From positions 9,024,292 to 9,088,291 of the forward strand of contig NC_069000.1 of NCBI RefSeq assembly GCF_001194135.2: a stretch of DNA of 64,000 nucleotides, read 5' to 3'. Shown here piece after piece: positions 27,907-40,669 of this stretch. The DNA comes from Octopus bimaculoides (Eukaryota). Each line of letters starts with the position of its first letter. The first letter of the stretch is position 1. The position numbers were made by a program, and so were the translations under genes. Under the pieces are notes generated by a model. That model did no database searches, had not been told where the DNA came from, and saw only the letters and a list, made by a program, of their open reading frames with translations.

Positions 27907-28480
27907 CTCTTCATCATCCATCATCTTGGCAAAGAACCAAGGAAAGTATGTTTTAAACAACTCTTGGTTAATTGCAGAAGACAATTCTGTATGACTATCA
28001 GCCGTCTTGTGTTCTTCATAAAAAATCTCTCTGCATATGTGGAGCAGGGGGAAGGGGCACTCACTGAATGTGCTTGTTCGAGAGAAAAGAGAGGAATCGT
28101 TAGCATGAAATATGACAGTAACATCTGTGAGTAGAATGTCGTGTATTTCGTAAGATGTGTATCTTGTATCTTTTACTCATTTCAGTCAATTAGACTGCGA
28201 CCATACTGGGGCACGGCTCTGAAGTGTTGTTAGTCGATTGAATCAAATCCAGGACTTATTTGTTTTTTTTTTTACAAGTCAGATACTTTTCTGTCAGTTT
28301 CTTTTTACCGAACCACTAAATTATGGGGATGTAAACAAACCAACACTGGAAACTGGGGAAACTGGCCCAGCGCTATGCTCCTTACAGAGTAATGTGAAAT
28401 AATCAATATGGCCTTTCTCAATGTCTTAAGTTACATTGTTGACGAGGACTTTTTCTTCTTTGTTTTTCTTTTACATGGCA

Positions 28481-28511
<31 letters not shown>

Positions 28512-28799
28512 ATTCCCACATATATTATTAAAGCTAGTTTATGATTGGTTATATATATATATATATATATATATAAATATGATGATGGGCATTATCTTGA
28601 TTCTCACTTCTTAATGTTTTTACTCTTGACTCTAATCCCTTCCCTTGAGGTTGACATGATAGTCCTCTCTGCCTCATGCCAGAGTGATATATTTCCCCTC
28701 CCTTCTTTCTCTTTATCTATTCCTATCTCTCTCTCACATCTATGATGAAGCAGCAATGCATCTCTTTCCCCTTTTAGGTAGGGGTGAGGTGTTAACTAC

Positions 28800-29175
28800 A
28801 TCTATCTCTCTTGTGCAAAAGTGATGTGACAGTTCTGTCTGTCATAATATACAAGAATGATTGATACAATGATCTCTCTCTCTCTCTCTCTCTCTGATGC
28901 AAGATTGATGTAGACATCTCACTCTGTCTCTTGCAGAAATGATGGGACATCTCTTCTCTGTATCCTGCAGGAATAACAAGACACCCTCTCTTTGTATCAA
29001 AGGAATGAGGACATCGCTCTGTCACTTGCAGGAATGATGTGACGTCTGTCTGTCTGTCTGTCTCTCTCTCTCCCTCCGTCTTCTGAAAGAGTGATGTGAT
29101 GTCTCGCTCCATCTCGTGCAAGAGTGATGTAACAATTCTCTCTTTGTCTTGTACTGAAGTGATGTGATTATCTCT
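28800..29175. repeat. Degenerate ~33-bp minisatellite (core TGCAGGA(G/A)TGATGTGACATCTC)
   Basis: TGATGT-type core at 28822, 28906, 28940, 29035, 29092, 29125 and 29160. Confidence 0.7.
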
Positions 29176-29239
29176 CTTGCTCCCTCCTTCTCTCACTCTC
29201 TTTTTCACCCTCTCTTTCTCTCTGTCTCTCTCATGTGGT

Positions 29240-29296
29240 GATGATGATGATGATGATGACGATGACGATGACGATGACGATGATGATGATGATGAT
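29240..29296. repeat. (GAT/GAC)n microsatellite
   Basis: Directly visible. Confidence 0.95.
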
Positions 29297-29451
29297 GTAT
29301 TGTCATTTCGCCAATACCATTTGAATGAAATCCGAAATTGTTTACGTTTCATCTCTCATCATCTGCCTCTTATCAGCACACCTGAAACTGAGGCATTACT
29401 ACATGTCTGCATGTACACCTGCACATTCAGTAAGACACTGTGCACGTGCAT

Positions 29452-29489
<38 letters not shown>

Positions 29490-29859
29490 CGTATGTGAGT
29501 CTGTCTGTTTGTGTTTTATATTCATTTAAACAAAAATGGATTTCTATGCTTTAATGTATGTGTTAGTGTATGTTCTAAGGAATGTGTGTGTAGGTGTGCG
29601 TGCGTGCGTATTCTCATGGCTGTGTACATGTGTGTTGTAAGTATGGATTGCATACATTCCAGTCTGTACGTTACATCCACTTACACAGATATTGATTTCT
29701 TTCTTTGTGTGTGTATGGTGCATTGGTATGTGCATGCATGCATGTCTGCGTGTGCGCAGTTACCTGTTCTTGACTGCGTGGTTCGTGGCACTTACATATA
29801 ATTAATTACACCATTGCTACACCTAATAGATGTATGTGTGCCCCCGTGTGTGTGTGTGT

Positions 29860-30150
29860 GTGTGTGTGTCCACTTGTGATCATTCCCATGTGTGCTTGTC
29901 CACCTTATGACCATTCCTCCATGTGTGCCTGTCCACCTCTTGATCAAACCTCTGTGTGTCTCTGTCCACTTACGAGCACGTGTCTCTCCCCTTCTGTGTC
30001 ATCTTACAAGCAGGTGCCTATGTCCACCTACAGCATCTCCGTGGTGTCTCTGTCCACTTCTGAACATTCCTGTGTGTCTCTGTCTTTATAGCTGTCCCTG
30101 TCCATTTATAAAACATATCTCTCAACTCCTGTCCACCTGTAACTGTGTCT
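29860..30150. repeat. Degenerate ~30-33-bp minisatellite (core TGTCCAC)
   Basis: TGTCCAC at 29867, 29897, 29930, 29963, 30021, 30051 and 30130. Confidence 0.75.
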
Positions 30151-30541
30151 CTGTCTTCCTCCGTTTTTTCAATGGGTCAACCATGTCCTCCTCCCTCTCC
30201 CCCCTCCCGCCTTCTCTGTCTCTCTTTGTCTACATTGTCAAGTCTACCAGTTTTCTTGTGACACTTGTTGTTGTTGTTGTTGTTGGGACATTTTCTTATT
30301 AACTGTCATTATTGATTATATTGTTAAATGTAACTACCTGAACACCCCCACTGCTGACCATGAACTCTGCCACTGATGTACAACCACAATGAATAAAAAA
30401 AAAAATTACAATTCTTCTCTCTTTCTCTCTCTCTCATACCTCCCTTGTTCCCCTCTGTGTTGCTCTTTTCCCTCCTCTCCATCTCCCAAGCCGTCATCTC
30501 TCCATTCTCTGGTTTCTTTCTTTCCACTTATCACCTTCCCC

Positions 30542-30572
<31 letters not shown>

Positions 30573-30633
30573 CTATCTTTGTTTTTCTTCTTTTTTCTCT
30601 CCCCTCTCCTCTTTTCCTCCTACCCCAGTTCCC

Positions 30634-30672
<39 letters not shown>

Positions 30673-30875
30673 ATAGTAGTCTGAGTGGGTCTTGTGCATG
30701 TGTGCGTGCGTGTGTGCACGCATAACAAGATAGAACTCCACATTGATTGATCGAAGCTGCTGATAGACACTAGTTGCTGCGAGGATAGAGGACTGTAAAC
30801 AGAGAGGGAGAGAGAGAGAAAGAGTGAGAGAGAGAAGAATGTAGACAGAGAGAATACAGCATGAAAGAGAGGAAG

Positions 30876-30937
30876 GGAGGCGGAGACGAGGGAAGGCTTC
30901 TATTAAACCACCACGGTGAATAATCGCAAGTTCAGTT
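30876..30937 (+). promoter_or_regulatory. Candidate proximal core promoter P2
   Basis: GA-rich run, then GGAGGCGG (30876-83), TATTAAA (30901-07) and Inr-like TCAGTT (30932-37, A at 30934, 33 nt from the TATA-like T), directly before the putative 5'UTR. Confidence 0.45.
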
Positions 30938-31582
30938 AAAGGTGTAATTCTGTACAGAGACCACAGAAGCTTTCACTCAACAACAAACGAAAGAGAATTT
31001 GGCACAGTTTCGAATCCTCTCTGGCTTTTTCCAAAGCAGTTCTTACCTTTACAACCACCACCACCATCTTCAGTGTTACGCTACTTATTTTGGCATCTTA
31101 CTATGATAATTTTTTAGTTTTGTTGTTTTTCTTACGGACTTTGAGAATCTCTTGGTTTATTTACCAATCTAGCTGCCTGTTCTTCTATTTGTCTGTCTGT
31201 CATTCCAAGAAAACCTGAAGTAGTTTGTTGATTGGCAAACCATTTCTTTTGGTTTTATTGAGAGATTTTTTTTCTTTAAAAAACAAAAACAATTTTTTTT
31301 CTTTCATTACTTTTGTCTTTTTAATATTCATTCAACTTGGAATGGAATATTATTCCTGTGACTGATTTTTGCAAAACTGCAAGCCTTATTTCCAAAGGAT
31401 AAAAAAAAAAGAAAAAAAGTTTTGGTAAATTTAGTGCCATTTTGTGCCACACTGGACTGTGCAGATATTTTTAAAACAGTGATCGTTCTGTTTTGTTTTT
31501 CTTTTTAAAAACAAAACAAAAAATAATAATATTCAACAAGGAGAATTGATAATCTGTAAAACAAAAAACAAAAAGTTCCATC
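30934..31582 (+). other. Putative 5'UTR with two short uORFs (31103-31117 MIIF*, 31342-31365 MEYYSCD*)
   Basis: About 650 nt without interspersed repeats and with only two ATGs, continuous with the first coding exon. Confidence 0.5.
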
Positions 31583-31622
31583 ATGCATATCAATGAGAAA
31601 AAGTTGATGACTGGTTTTAAAA
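31583..31622 (+). CDS. First coding exon (MHINEKKLMTGFK + 1 nt) of a single-pass membrane protein gene
   Basis: ATG with A at -3 (ccatcATG) and an in-frame TAA 33 nt upstream (31550-52). Ends AAAA|GTAAGT (perfect donor, phase 1), matching the phase needed by the TM exon. The preceding 650 nt are repeat-free and ATG-poor. Confidence 0.7.
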
Positions 31623-31659
31623 GTAAGTCTTTTCTCGCTTTGTTTTTCTCTTGTTTTTG

Positions 31660-32345
31660 TGATTTAGCTCTAGGTTAGCCCCAATTGAGTAGACAAACCT
31701 ATTCCAGCAATAATCATTATTTCTATTATTTTTTTTTTTTCAAGAATTTTGTATATCTAAGACTAGATTATCCAATGTGTTCTTTGTTTTCATTTTGTTT
31801 GTGTTTTTTGTAAAGTGGTAGAGTACAATTTGAGGGTGATTTAGTTGCTATTTTTGGCAGATCAAGCCCTAGTTCATCCCTGATTGAGTAGACCTAAACC
31901 AGGAATAATCTTTATTTTTTCAAGCATAGTGTATCTAAGACTTTCTATTTTTGTACAAACCATCAGAGTATGATTTGAGGGATATTTAGTTGCTGTTTTT
32001 TGCAGATCAAGCAACCATTTAGAGACTCCTTGGTTATGTTTTATAGGAAAGAAAGACCAGAAAAGACAGAGACTCCACAAGCAACAAAGATTGACATTTG
32101 TTGTTGTTTAGTTACAGGTCATCTTCAATCAAACAGACCAGTCTTTAACCCCAGGTGTTCTCTGATCAGTAAAATCTATGATCAATAGACATTACAACCA
32201 TGATCATCATTTTGTTTTTGCAGACACAGTGTATCTAGGGCCACATCGCCCAAAGTAGCCTTCTGTTTTTGGTTAAAGATAGTCAGTGTGAGCTGGGGGA
32301 GATTTGGTTGCTATTTTTAGAAGGTCAGGTGACCACTACAAGCTC
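31660..32345 (+). mobile_element. Three tandem degenerate copies of repeat family F
   Basis: Repeated TTTAGC(T/C)CCAGGT..GTATCTAAGACT..TTTGAGGG(A/T)GATTT(A/G)GTTGCTATTT. Homologues at about 12780, 12985, 36350 and 61180. Confidence 0.7.
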
Positions 32346-32685
32346 TATTGACGGTTCATAAGGTTGACAGGGTTTTTTCACTGTTACTGTGCAGTGAAAA
32401 ACCACAAGATGGAGTGAGATAGTGTGAGATCCACCTAAGCCATGCCAGCATGGAGAAACAGACATAAAATTATGAGATGATATCTAATAATTGCAAGAAT
32501 TGTAGCTAGCAGCCTCAGTGGGGTATCTGGCTACAGTACTTAAAGATTAGTCCAATAATTCATACCCTGTTACTCTATCTATCGGTCAAATGATGTGGCT
32601 CTCAGTGGCTCACTTGACCTTATTGTAAATAGGTACCATGAGTAGGGCAAGTGCAGCTCAATGGGTGTTAGATTGTTTCCTTGTG

Positions 32686-33240
32686 AAGATGCATGGCTTA
32701 GTGGTTAGAGTAATCAGCTTATGATCGTAAGGTTGTGAGTTCAATTCCTGGTTGTGCATTTTGCCCTTGAACAAAAACCACTTTACTTTATTTCACATTG
32801 CTCCAGTACACTCAACTGACAAAAACGAATTTACTTGTATTTCAAGAGGGTCAGAGCCTTGTCACATCACATTCCATGTGACTCGGAATCGCCCTGAGAC
32901 CTACATTAACCCTTCTGTTACCATATTTCTGTTGAGATACTCTGTGTTCTTTCAATTAATCTTAAATATAACGAAGACTTTAGTAAAATATCTTAATTAT
33001 CATTAAGCTAGTGTTAGGAACATAAATTGTGACTAAGGTTTGGTGGAAGATTTTAATTCAGAACTTTTGAAAACAAGACAATTGTACTACAGAGCCAGAG
33101 GCAGTTTCAGCCAGGTTGGTATCAAAAGGGTTAAGGGTATATATGTCTGTGGAGTACTCAGCCACTTGCACATGGATTTCATGAGCAGGCTGTGCCATTG
33201 ACTGGAATTCTAGTCATTGTAACCGATGGAATGCCAGTAG
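32686..33240 (+). mobile_element. SINE family D interrupted by a piggyBac MITE
   Basis: A-box-like TGGCTTAGTGG (32694), B-box-like GTTCAATTC (32739); the body resumes after 33134. Confidence 0.85.
32910..33130. mobile_element. piggyBac-type MITE (221 bp)
   Basis: TTAA at 32906-09 and 33131-34; TIRs CCCTTCTGTTACC / GGTATCAAAAGGG. Relatives at about 2845, 3024, 45016 and 47106. Confidence 0.85.
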
Positions 33241-34028
33241 AGTGTTTCATAGCCTCGCAATGTTGATTCTTGCCAGTGTGTTTTGGAAAGTGAATAGGAA
33301 ATCTTTACGGATTCTTTGTGTGTTGTGTGGTGTCTGTTACATTTGAGACAAACTAATGACTGAATTTAAACAAAAGACAAATCTACCTAATTAATTAGAG
33401 TTTATTTTACTAATTGGTTGTTTCTTTTCAGCTGATGTTTACTTCTTTGCCTGCCTGTTACTATTAGTTACTAATTAGATTGTTTATAATTACAATGGTT
33501 AATTTGACTGGATTTAATTAGCTCTTAAATTTTTTTTGCATTTTTTTTCTTTTGTCTCTATATTTCTGTTTGTTTGTTTTTTTTTACCACCACATGGAAC
33601 TAGTTTTGAGTTACTGAAAAAAGTTGGGTTTTTTTTTTTTTTGTATCTTAGAACAATACGAGATCAATTTTCATTGGTTACCTGAACGTTCCCTCCTTTA
33701 CTATATGTCTACACACACACACTGCTCTGTTAGTTTATATTGTACAAGTATTATACCCTTCTTGTTAATCCACCCAGCCTAACTGGCAAATTAAATTACC
33801 TTTTGCAATTTCAGTTCTGAGAAAAGAATCACTTAGATTGATGACAATTAAAATATAATTTGCTTTTGTTGCCACATAATTTCTTAATTTAGAATTAATA
33901 TAACAATGTTTCTTTGTTAATTGAGTTTTTCTTTTGTTTTTTTGTCTTCTCGGAGAAGTGGATCTAGTCAGATTGAGCTGTTTGAATGTCTGACCAAAAT
34001 AAAACCATGTTAATATATAAGTTACATA

Positions 34029-34224
34029 GGGTGGCAAGTTGGCTGAATCATTAGCACACTGGGAAAAATACTTAGTGGCATCTCATCTGTCTTTACATTC
34101 TGAGTTCAAATTCTGTCATGGTTGACTTTGCCTTTCATCCTTTCAGGGTCACTAAAATAAGTACCAGTTGAGCACTGGGGGTCGATGTAGTCGACTTACT
34201 GGCCTTGTGCTAAAATTTGAAATC
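34029..34224 (+). mobile_element. SINE family B with perfect 17-bp TSD
   Basis: AATATATAAGTTACATA at 34012-28 and 34225-41. Confidence 0.9.
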
Positions 34225-34941
34225 AATATATAAGTTACATACAACTTACTGAAGTGAATTAATAAAATCAATAATGATAATATACTGGGGTTGAAATATT
34301 TGACTACACCTTTGTAGGAATTGGCCTTGTACCTCGAGAAAAATATATTAGAATTTCTCCCACCCTACCAATTGATTTCGTCTACGTAGTTAGATCAAGA
34401 ATCTTATTTTTTTTCCAAAACAACAGTTTTCTTGAAGAAGCTTTATATATTAGTAACTACTTCAAGAAAAAGAAAGAAAAAAATCATGGATATTTAATCA
34501 ACATTTTAGTTATTTTTTTTTATTGTGTATCTTTCAAGTTTCTTTTTTCTTTTTATAGTATATAAAGTTAATTAATCTATAGAATTGATTATGAAAGCCA
34601 CTACCCACTCTCTCATCCATTCACCCACAATTCCCTATTCAGTAATGCTGTGCCCCCTTGGTATATTACATTTGTTCTCATTCTTCTGAGTAATAAATGG
34701 CAGAGAAGCCATACAGGAATTCTTCTTTGCATTCAAAACCAATAGACATTACAGTATTAACGTATTTCAGCAAAGAAGAATTTTTGTTTTGGTAACTTAA
34801 TACGAGTTGCTGAGTTCTTTGTGTATAAGTGTATGTGTGTGTGTGTGTGTGCACACACATATACACATAATTATAGATGACAATGATGATATATATATAC
34901 AAACTCTCACATGTTTGTACACACACACACACGTGCATGCA

Positions 34942-34986
<45 letters not shown>

Positions 34987-37900
34987 CGGCATTGTAGAGA
35001 GGACAAGCCAATTGCTTTCAGAAAAATGATGCGTGTTCTAAATTGTTACTGAAGAGAATGAAGTAAGCAACTAATACAAGATATTATTTAGTTTGTGTGT
35101 GTGTTTGTCGTGTATACATGCACACACACACACACACACATACATTAGCCTGGTACAACCCTCATGGCTCATAGGTTCCTATCGAACCATCCAGCCCATG
35201 CCAGCATGGAAATAGGGATGTTAAACAATGGTGATGATGATGACTAATATACATATATATATATATATGTATATATATAAAAGAAACTGCTCAAGCATAT
35301 ATATAAGGGAGAAAAAGTGAAAGGGAGGGAGAGTGAGAGAGATAATCTTACCTGATAGGGTAATGAAACAGTATTCTTTATTTACCTATAAACATTCCAA
35401 CTGACCTACTAAAGCCTTATTCATGGGTTATTTTTAGAAGCAAGCGATCTGTTTTTTTGCCCACCCCCACCAAATGATGTCACAAGATGTTCTGTTTTTG
35501 TTTTTTAACTTAGGTCTCAATGTTTCAACGCTTTTATATAAATACATCAATATATCAATTCAGTCACGAAGATTGTTTTGTTTTGTTTTTTCCCTCCATT
35601 TTTCCCTCTCTGAGCCTGTACTCTGCCTTTCAACATGCAAAAAATAGTAGTCGGGTTACTCTAAAATTCCATTGTATCCTGTCAGAAAAATACATATTGG
35701 ATGTGGTCTTGGGTTCTTCCCTGCATATTGGAAAAAATGGAATGGTCATGGTTGGGACGCCTTTGATCACTAGGTTGACCTTGGGTTAAACAACAACCAC
35801 TACATTTTGTTTATGAACCAATGATGGCAGGTGGGGGCTCTATTGATCACTCAAATATGCTAGAATTAGCAACTGAATCTTCCCAAATCACGTCCTAATA
35901 ACCTTGAATAGTAAGTGGGGCACATTGGACAATGTAATCTAAGGTACATTGTGCCCTGAAAAATATTCCAGGTGGTCAGCGCTAGAGTGCTTTCGATCAT
36001 TGAGTCTATTTCACTCAAGTCACCTGGGAACTCTCAGCTCATTTATTTATTATGTTACCTATTTTCAATGTATTGAATGCGGCTACAACACTGGCTCTAA
36101 CACAATACCACAATACAATACCCTATCATACATAACACAGCCTGTATGGAAGTCACTAGTTGACAAAATAAAGTCTATTCAACCGGTCTTATCAGAAAGT
36201 CTGACCTCTGACATTCGACATTTAACGTTTGGGAAGCAATTTATTTTCTTTCATCCAAAACCAATTAATCATTTTGTTGCTATTTCTTCCTAAAAGTATT
36301 GTGTGTGTGTGTCTGACTGGGGGTTTATTGTCTTCATGTGTTTGTGTGTGTTTAGCCCAGGGTTCAAACCTAATTGAACAGGCGTTCCACCTGTGACCAT
36401 CCCAGCTTCCCCTCTGGCATAGTTTGCATTACCTAAGACTACACTACCCAATGTGTCCCTCTCTTTATAAGATGGCTGGGTGGAACATAATTTGAGTAAG
36501 CTTGACTATTATTTCTAGTATGTCAAGTGAATACATAGAAGCTCCTTTTGTTGAGTTATGTCAGTTCATTGTTGTTGTTGTTCAACACCAAATCAACTCT
36601 AATCAGGCAGAATTATAATCACAGGCATCACATTTTTTTTTTATGTATTTTGAATTACTTTGTGTAAAATGACCCTTCATTTTAGAGTTAAAGAAACTTT
36701 GTTAGAGAGAGAGAGAGAGAAAGTATGTGTAGTAGACGCATGCATGGCCAAGGGGTTAAGAAGTTTACTTGCAATGCCGAGGTCCCAAGTTTGATCCCAC
36801 TTTTTGGACATGTTGGGCTAGCCTTAGATAAACAGGATTTGTGGAAGTCCATTCAATGGACTGTAATTCAAAAGTGCATTCTTATCTCTTTCTCACACAC
36901 ACACACACAATCTCATTTATTCTGCCTGTGAAATACACAGCTACTTAAATACTTTATATACACACACACATATATATATATACATATATATAATTCAATG
37001 AGGCGGCAGTTCAATTGATTAAGCAACGGAATGCCATTGTCAAAAGCCAACAAAGTGTCTGCTTGCTTAGTTACTTTACAATGCATGGTGACAACACAAG
37101 TAGGAAATGTGGCACACACACACACACACACACTCTCTCTCTCTCTCTCTCTCTCTTTCATATACACCTACACAGAATGTGATGTATTTAGAGTATCTAA
37201 AATATTTTGGACTGTCATAGCCAACTTGTTTGACACCCACCACTACCACCACCTTAAACAATTACAGAGTTTTTGTGCTGGGTATTTTAATGAGGAGGAA
37301 CCCTGAAGATTCCAGCTGCTATTACCCCTTAATTATTTGTTAAAAGTGTTGCTTATAGTGTTTTAAGCTGTTATTGTATGTTCCCAGTCATTTTCTGTTG
37401 TATGTATGAGAGAGGAACAGACTTGAATGGCAGGAAAAGAAATTTTCTTTATATCTCCCCCTCCCCCACACACTCACACTCAGTTAAATTCTTGAGTGTA
37501 GCCAGATAAATGTTAAAGCCAGGAAGCTTGTAGAATGACTTCATTCACTGAAAGCATGCTGTAAGCTGTTAATTAGTTGTTAGGCTCAAAAGAAACACCT
37601 ATTATCAGGATGTGCTGTAAGTTCTGTCTAATTATGAGCTTGAACCTGTTTTTTTTTTGTTTTTTTTTCATAGAACTTATAAATATTGGTGACATTCTTC
37701 ATCATCATTATCATTTAACATCCACTTTCCATGCTGGCATGGGTATGACAGTTTGACCTGGAATCAACAAGCTCCAGGGTTGTGTCATGCCCCAGAGCTA
37801 TGTTTTGTTCTAGGGCTGTATCCATGCTCTACGGCTGTATCCATGCACCACGGCTGTATGCATGCTCTAGAGCCTAGTGTTTCAGCAAAGGAGACAGATA

Positions 37901-38028
37901 GAATAAGTATCAGCTGTAAAAGATATGTACTGGTGGTGCCCCACCATGGTCACAGTCCAATGACTGAAACCAGCAAAAATTGAAAGATAAAGAAGATAAT
38001 TAAATTTGCGTATTAGATATCATGTTTG

Positions 38029-38250
38029 TATGAGGGGGTGCTGTAAAGTTTCTGGCTTTGGTTAAAAGAAAATACAGGAGGATCAGTTAATTATGATTTT
38101 ATTCAACATATTTTCCCTCTCAGATTCACACACTTATTGCAGTAGTCCTTTAGTTTTTCTAAGCCCTGTAAAAGAACTTGGAAGGTTGGGCCTCCAGTCA
38201 GGCCTTTCACGATACCCTCAAAGCGAGGAACTTTTCAGCATCCTCTCATA
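38029..38250. mobile_element. Tc1/mariner-type MITE
   Basis: ~30-bp TIRs TATGAGGGGGTGCTGTAAAGTTTCTGGCTTT / AAAGCGAGGAACTTTTCAGCATCCTCTCATA, with TA ends. Confidence 0.85.
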
Positions 38251-40669
38251 CTTTTAAACAAATAAATCCTAAAACTACTTCAGACTATCAACTCTAGATA
38301 TGGTCTGTCTTGAGCAGTTTTTTGGCAGGAACATCAAGGTATTTGGTTTCTTAAAACCCCATTTGCTGGTTTCATCTTTGTCCCATTGTTTATATCTGCT
38401 GTCTGAAAATACTGATGTCAGTTAAAGAAGAAAAGTCTCCGCCCCCTAATATTACTCCACCTTTTCTCCCTAGTTCTTGTTACTTGTTTATTCTGGTTCT
38501 GTCTGTGTCTGTTTACATATCCAATGAAAACCTAATTTTATATGTATATATGTTGTTGTTCTGTCTTATTTCAAGATTTCTTGCCAATAAAGAAAGAGCT
38601 GGTTTCTAATCTTGATCCAAGGCTCCTTCATTAGAATTTCACAAACATCAACAGGGTATTTTCATATGTTTGTGTGCATGTATACAGCATTTGCAGTCAG
38701 TATGTTTTGTTTTATATATGTACTCTCATGCATATAGATGCATGTCTAGATATGTACACATATGTACTTAGATGCTAAGAAACTGAAAGAAGCCTGTTGT
38801 GTGTGTGTGTACATAGATATGTATATATGTATGTGCATATATATATATTCCCCACCACCACTTGAGAACTAATACATTTCTGATGTATTAGTTAAACTAA
38901 TGCTATATAATACATTTGTCCAAGGTGCCAGACAGTGGGATTGAACTGAGAGCTACGCAGTTGCAAAGCAATTTTCTTAATGACACAGGCACGCCTGCAC
39001 CTCATATATAGTAAACACACACACACACACACACACACATTTTGTATGTGTGTGTATACTATATCTATCAACACTTCAGAGAACTGTCTGTCTGTTGTGT
39101 ATGTTGCCATGCCCCCCCCCCTCTCTCTCTCTCTCACACACACACTCAGAAAAGACCAGACTCTTTATCTTTTCTTTATGTAATTGTATGTGATGACAAT
39201 TTCTGTCTCCCCCCCCCGTCTCTCTCTCTCTCTCTCTTTACTCCTTATCTCTCCCATCTTATCTCTGTCTATTTCTCCCCATCCATCTATTTCTCTGTAT
39301 GTATATGTATGTGTGTGTATGTGCATGCTACATATGTATGTCCACAGTCATTGGCTGTCCTTCACTATTGGAATGGAGACTAGAATCTCCAATAGACAGC
39401 CACTATCTTTCCACACCGGCCACATTTAAAATGTCTCTGACAGTATACAGTTATCTAATCTATGATCTCCTCTGTATTTTAAAAGAAGACATGGATGAGA
39501 TGAGAGATGGAGGAGGGTGTTGAAAGTTGACTTGTCAGGGAGCCTGTATGTATGTATGTGCGTGTGTGTGTGTATGATACTAATAGAGACTAACTTTGTG
39601 TTTAGACACAGAGGAATGTTATTCTTTGGTTGTATCAAACTTAAAAGTGAACCGTGTTTGTGGCAGTAACAATAATACTAAGTCTTAGCTTGTGTGTATC
39701 GTTAGCATGCCAAGCAAACTGCCTAGCAGCATTTTGTCTGTCTTCACATTCTGAGTTCAAATTCCACCAAGGTCAACTTTTCCTTTCATCCTTTCAGGGT
39801 TGATAAAATAAGTACCAGGGTCAATGTAATCAATTTAACTCCCCCCCCCCTCCCGAACTTGCTGGCTTTGTGCCCAAATTTGAAACTAATATTAATATGC
39901 GGTCTCTTGCTCTGACACTCCTGGGAAAGGCATACACATCACCATACTACAGGCATGGCTGTGTGATGAAGAAGTTTGCTTTCCAACCATGTGGTTTCCT
40001 GTTCAATTCCACTGTCTTGGGCAAGTTGTTCTTCTACTTACTGCTCCAAGCCAACACAAAGCCATGTGAGTGGATTTGGTAGGCAGAAAAATGCAAGAAG
40101 GCATTGGGTGTGTGCACATGTACATGTGTGTGTGTGTCCCCTTGACTTAACATAGATCGATTGTTGTAAATGAATATCATTCATTTCAAATATTGTGGAG
40201 GCCTGTCCAGCCATGGGGAAATATTACTTTGCTTGGAAACAGGTGAGGGTTGGCAACAGGAAGGGCATCCAAACCTAGAAAATAAAACATCTGATCACTG
40301 CAACTTTGGGAAAGCAGATGTTAAAACAACAACAATGATGGTGATGAGGATGATGATGAGGAGGAGGAGGAGGAGTCCAGGGAGTTAAAAAAAAAAAAAG
40401 TAATGATATTTAATACACTGATTGTGAGTGTGTGTGTGTATAAGCTAACAGGCAAAGCACACACAAACCACATATGCATGCGCACATATGCACGCGCACA
40501 TATGCACCCAGCCAAACACACACACATTTCTTTGGAGAATGAATATCAATCTTTTTTTATCATAGATCTGAAACACTATATGGGATTCTGATAGTTTGTG
40601 TTTGGTATGTTGTTTGATAATAGACAGGACATGTTGACAGTGTGGAACCATTCNNNNNNNNNNATGATA

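Noticed and set aside
28800-30150. Regularly spaced repeats superficially like CRISPR arrays
   Set aside because: Eukaryotic context, degenerate units, spacers related to each other, no cas genes.
35949-36293. 114-aa non-repetitive ORF
   Set aside because: TTG start, no usable splice sites, no recognisable domain.
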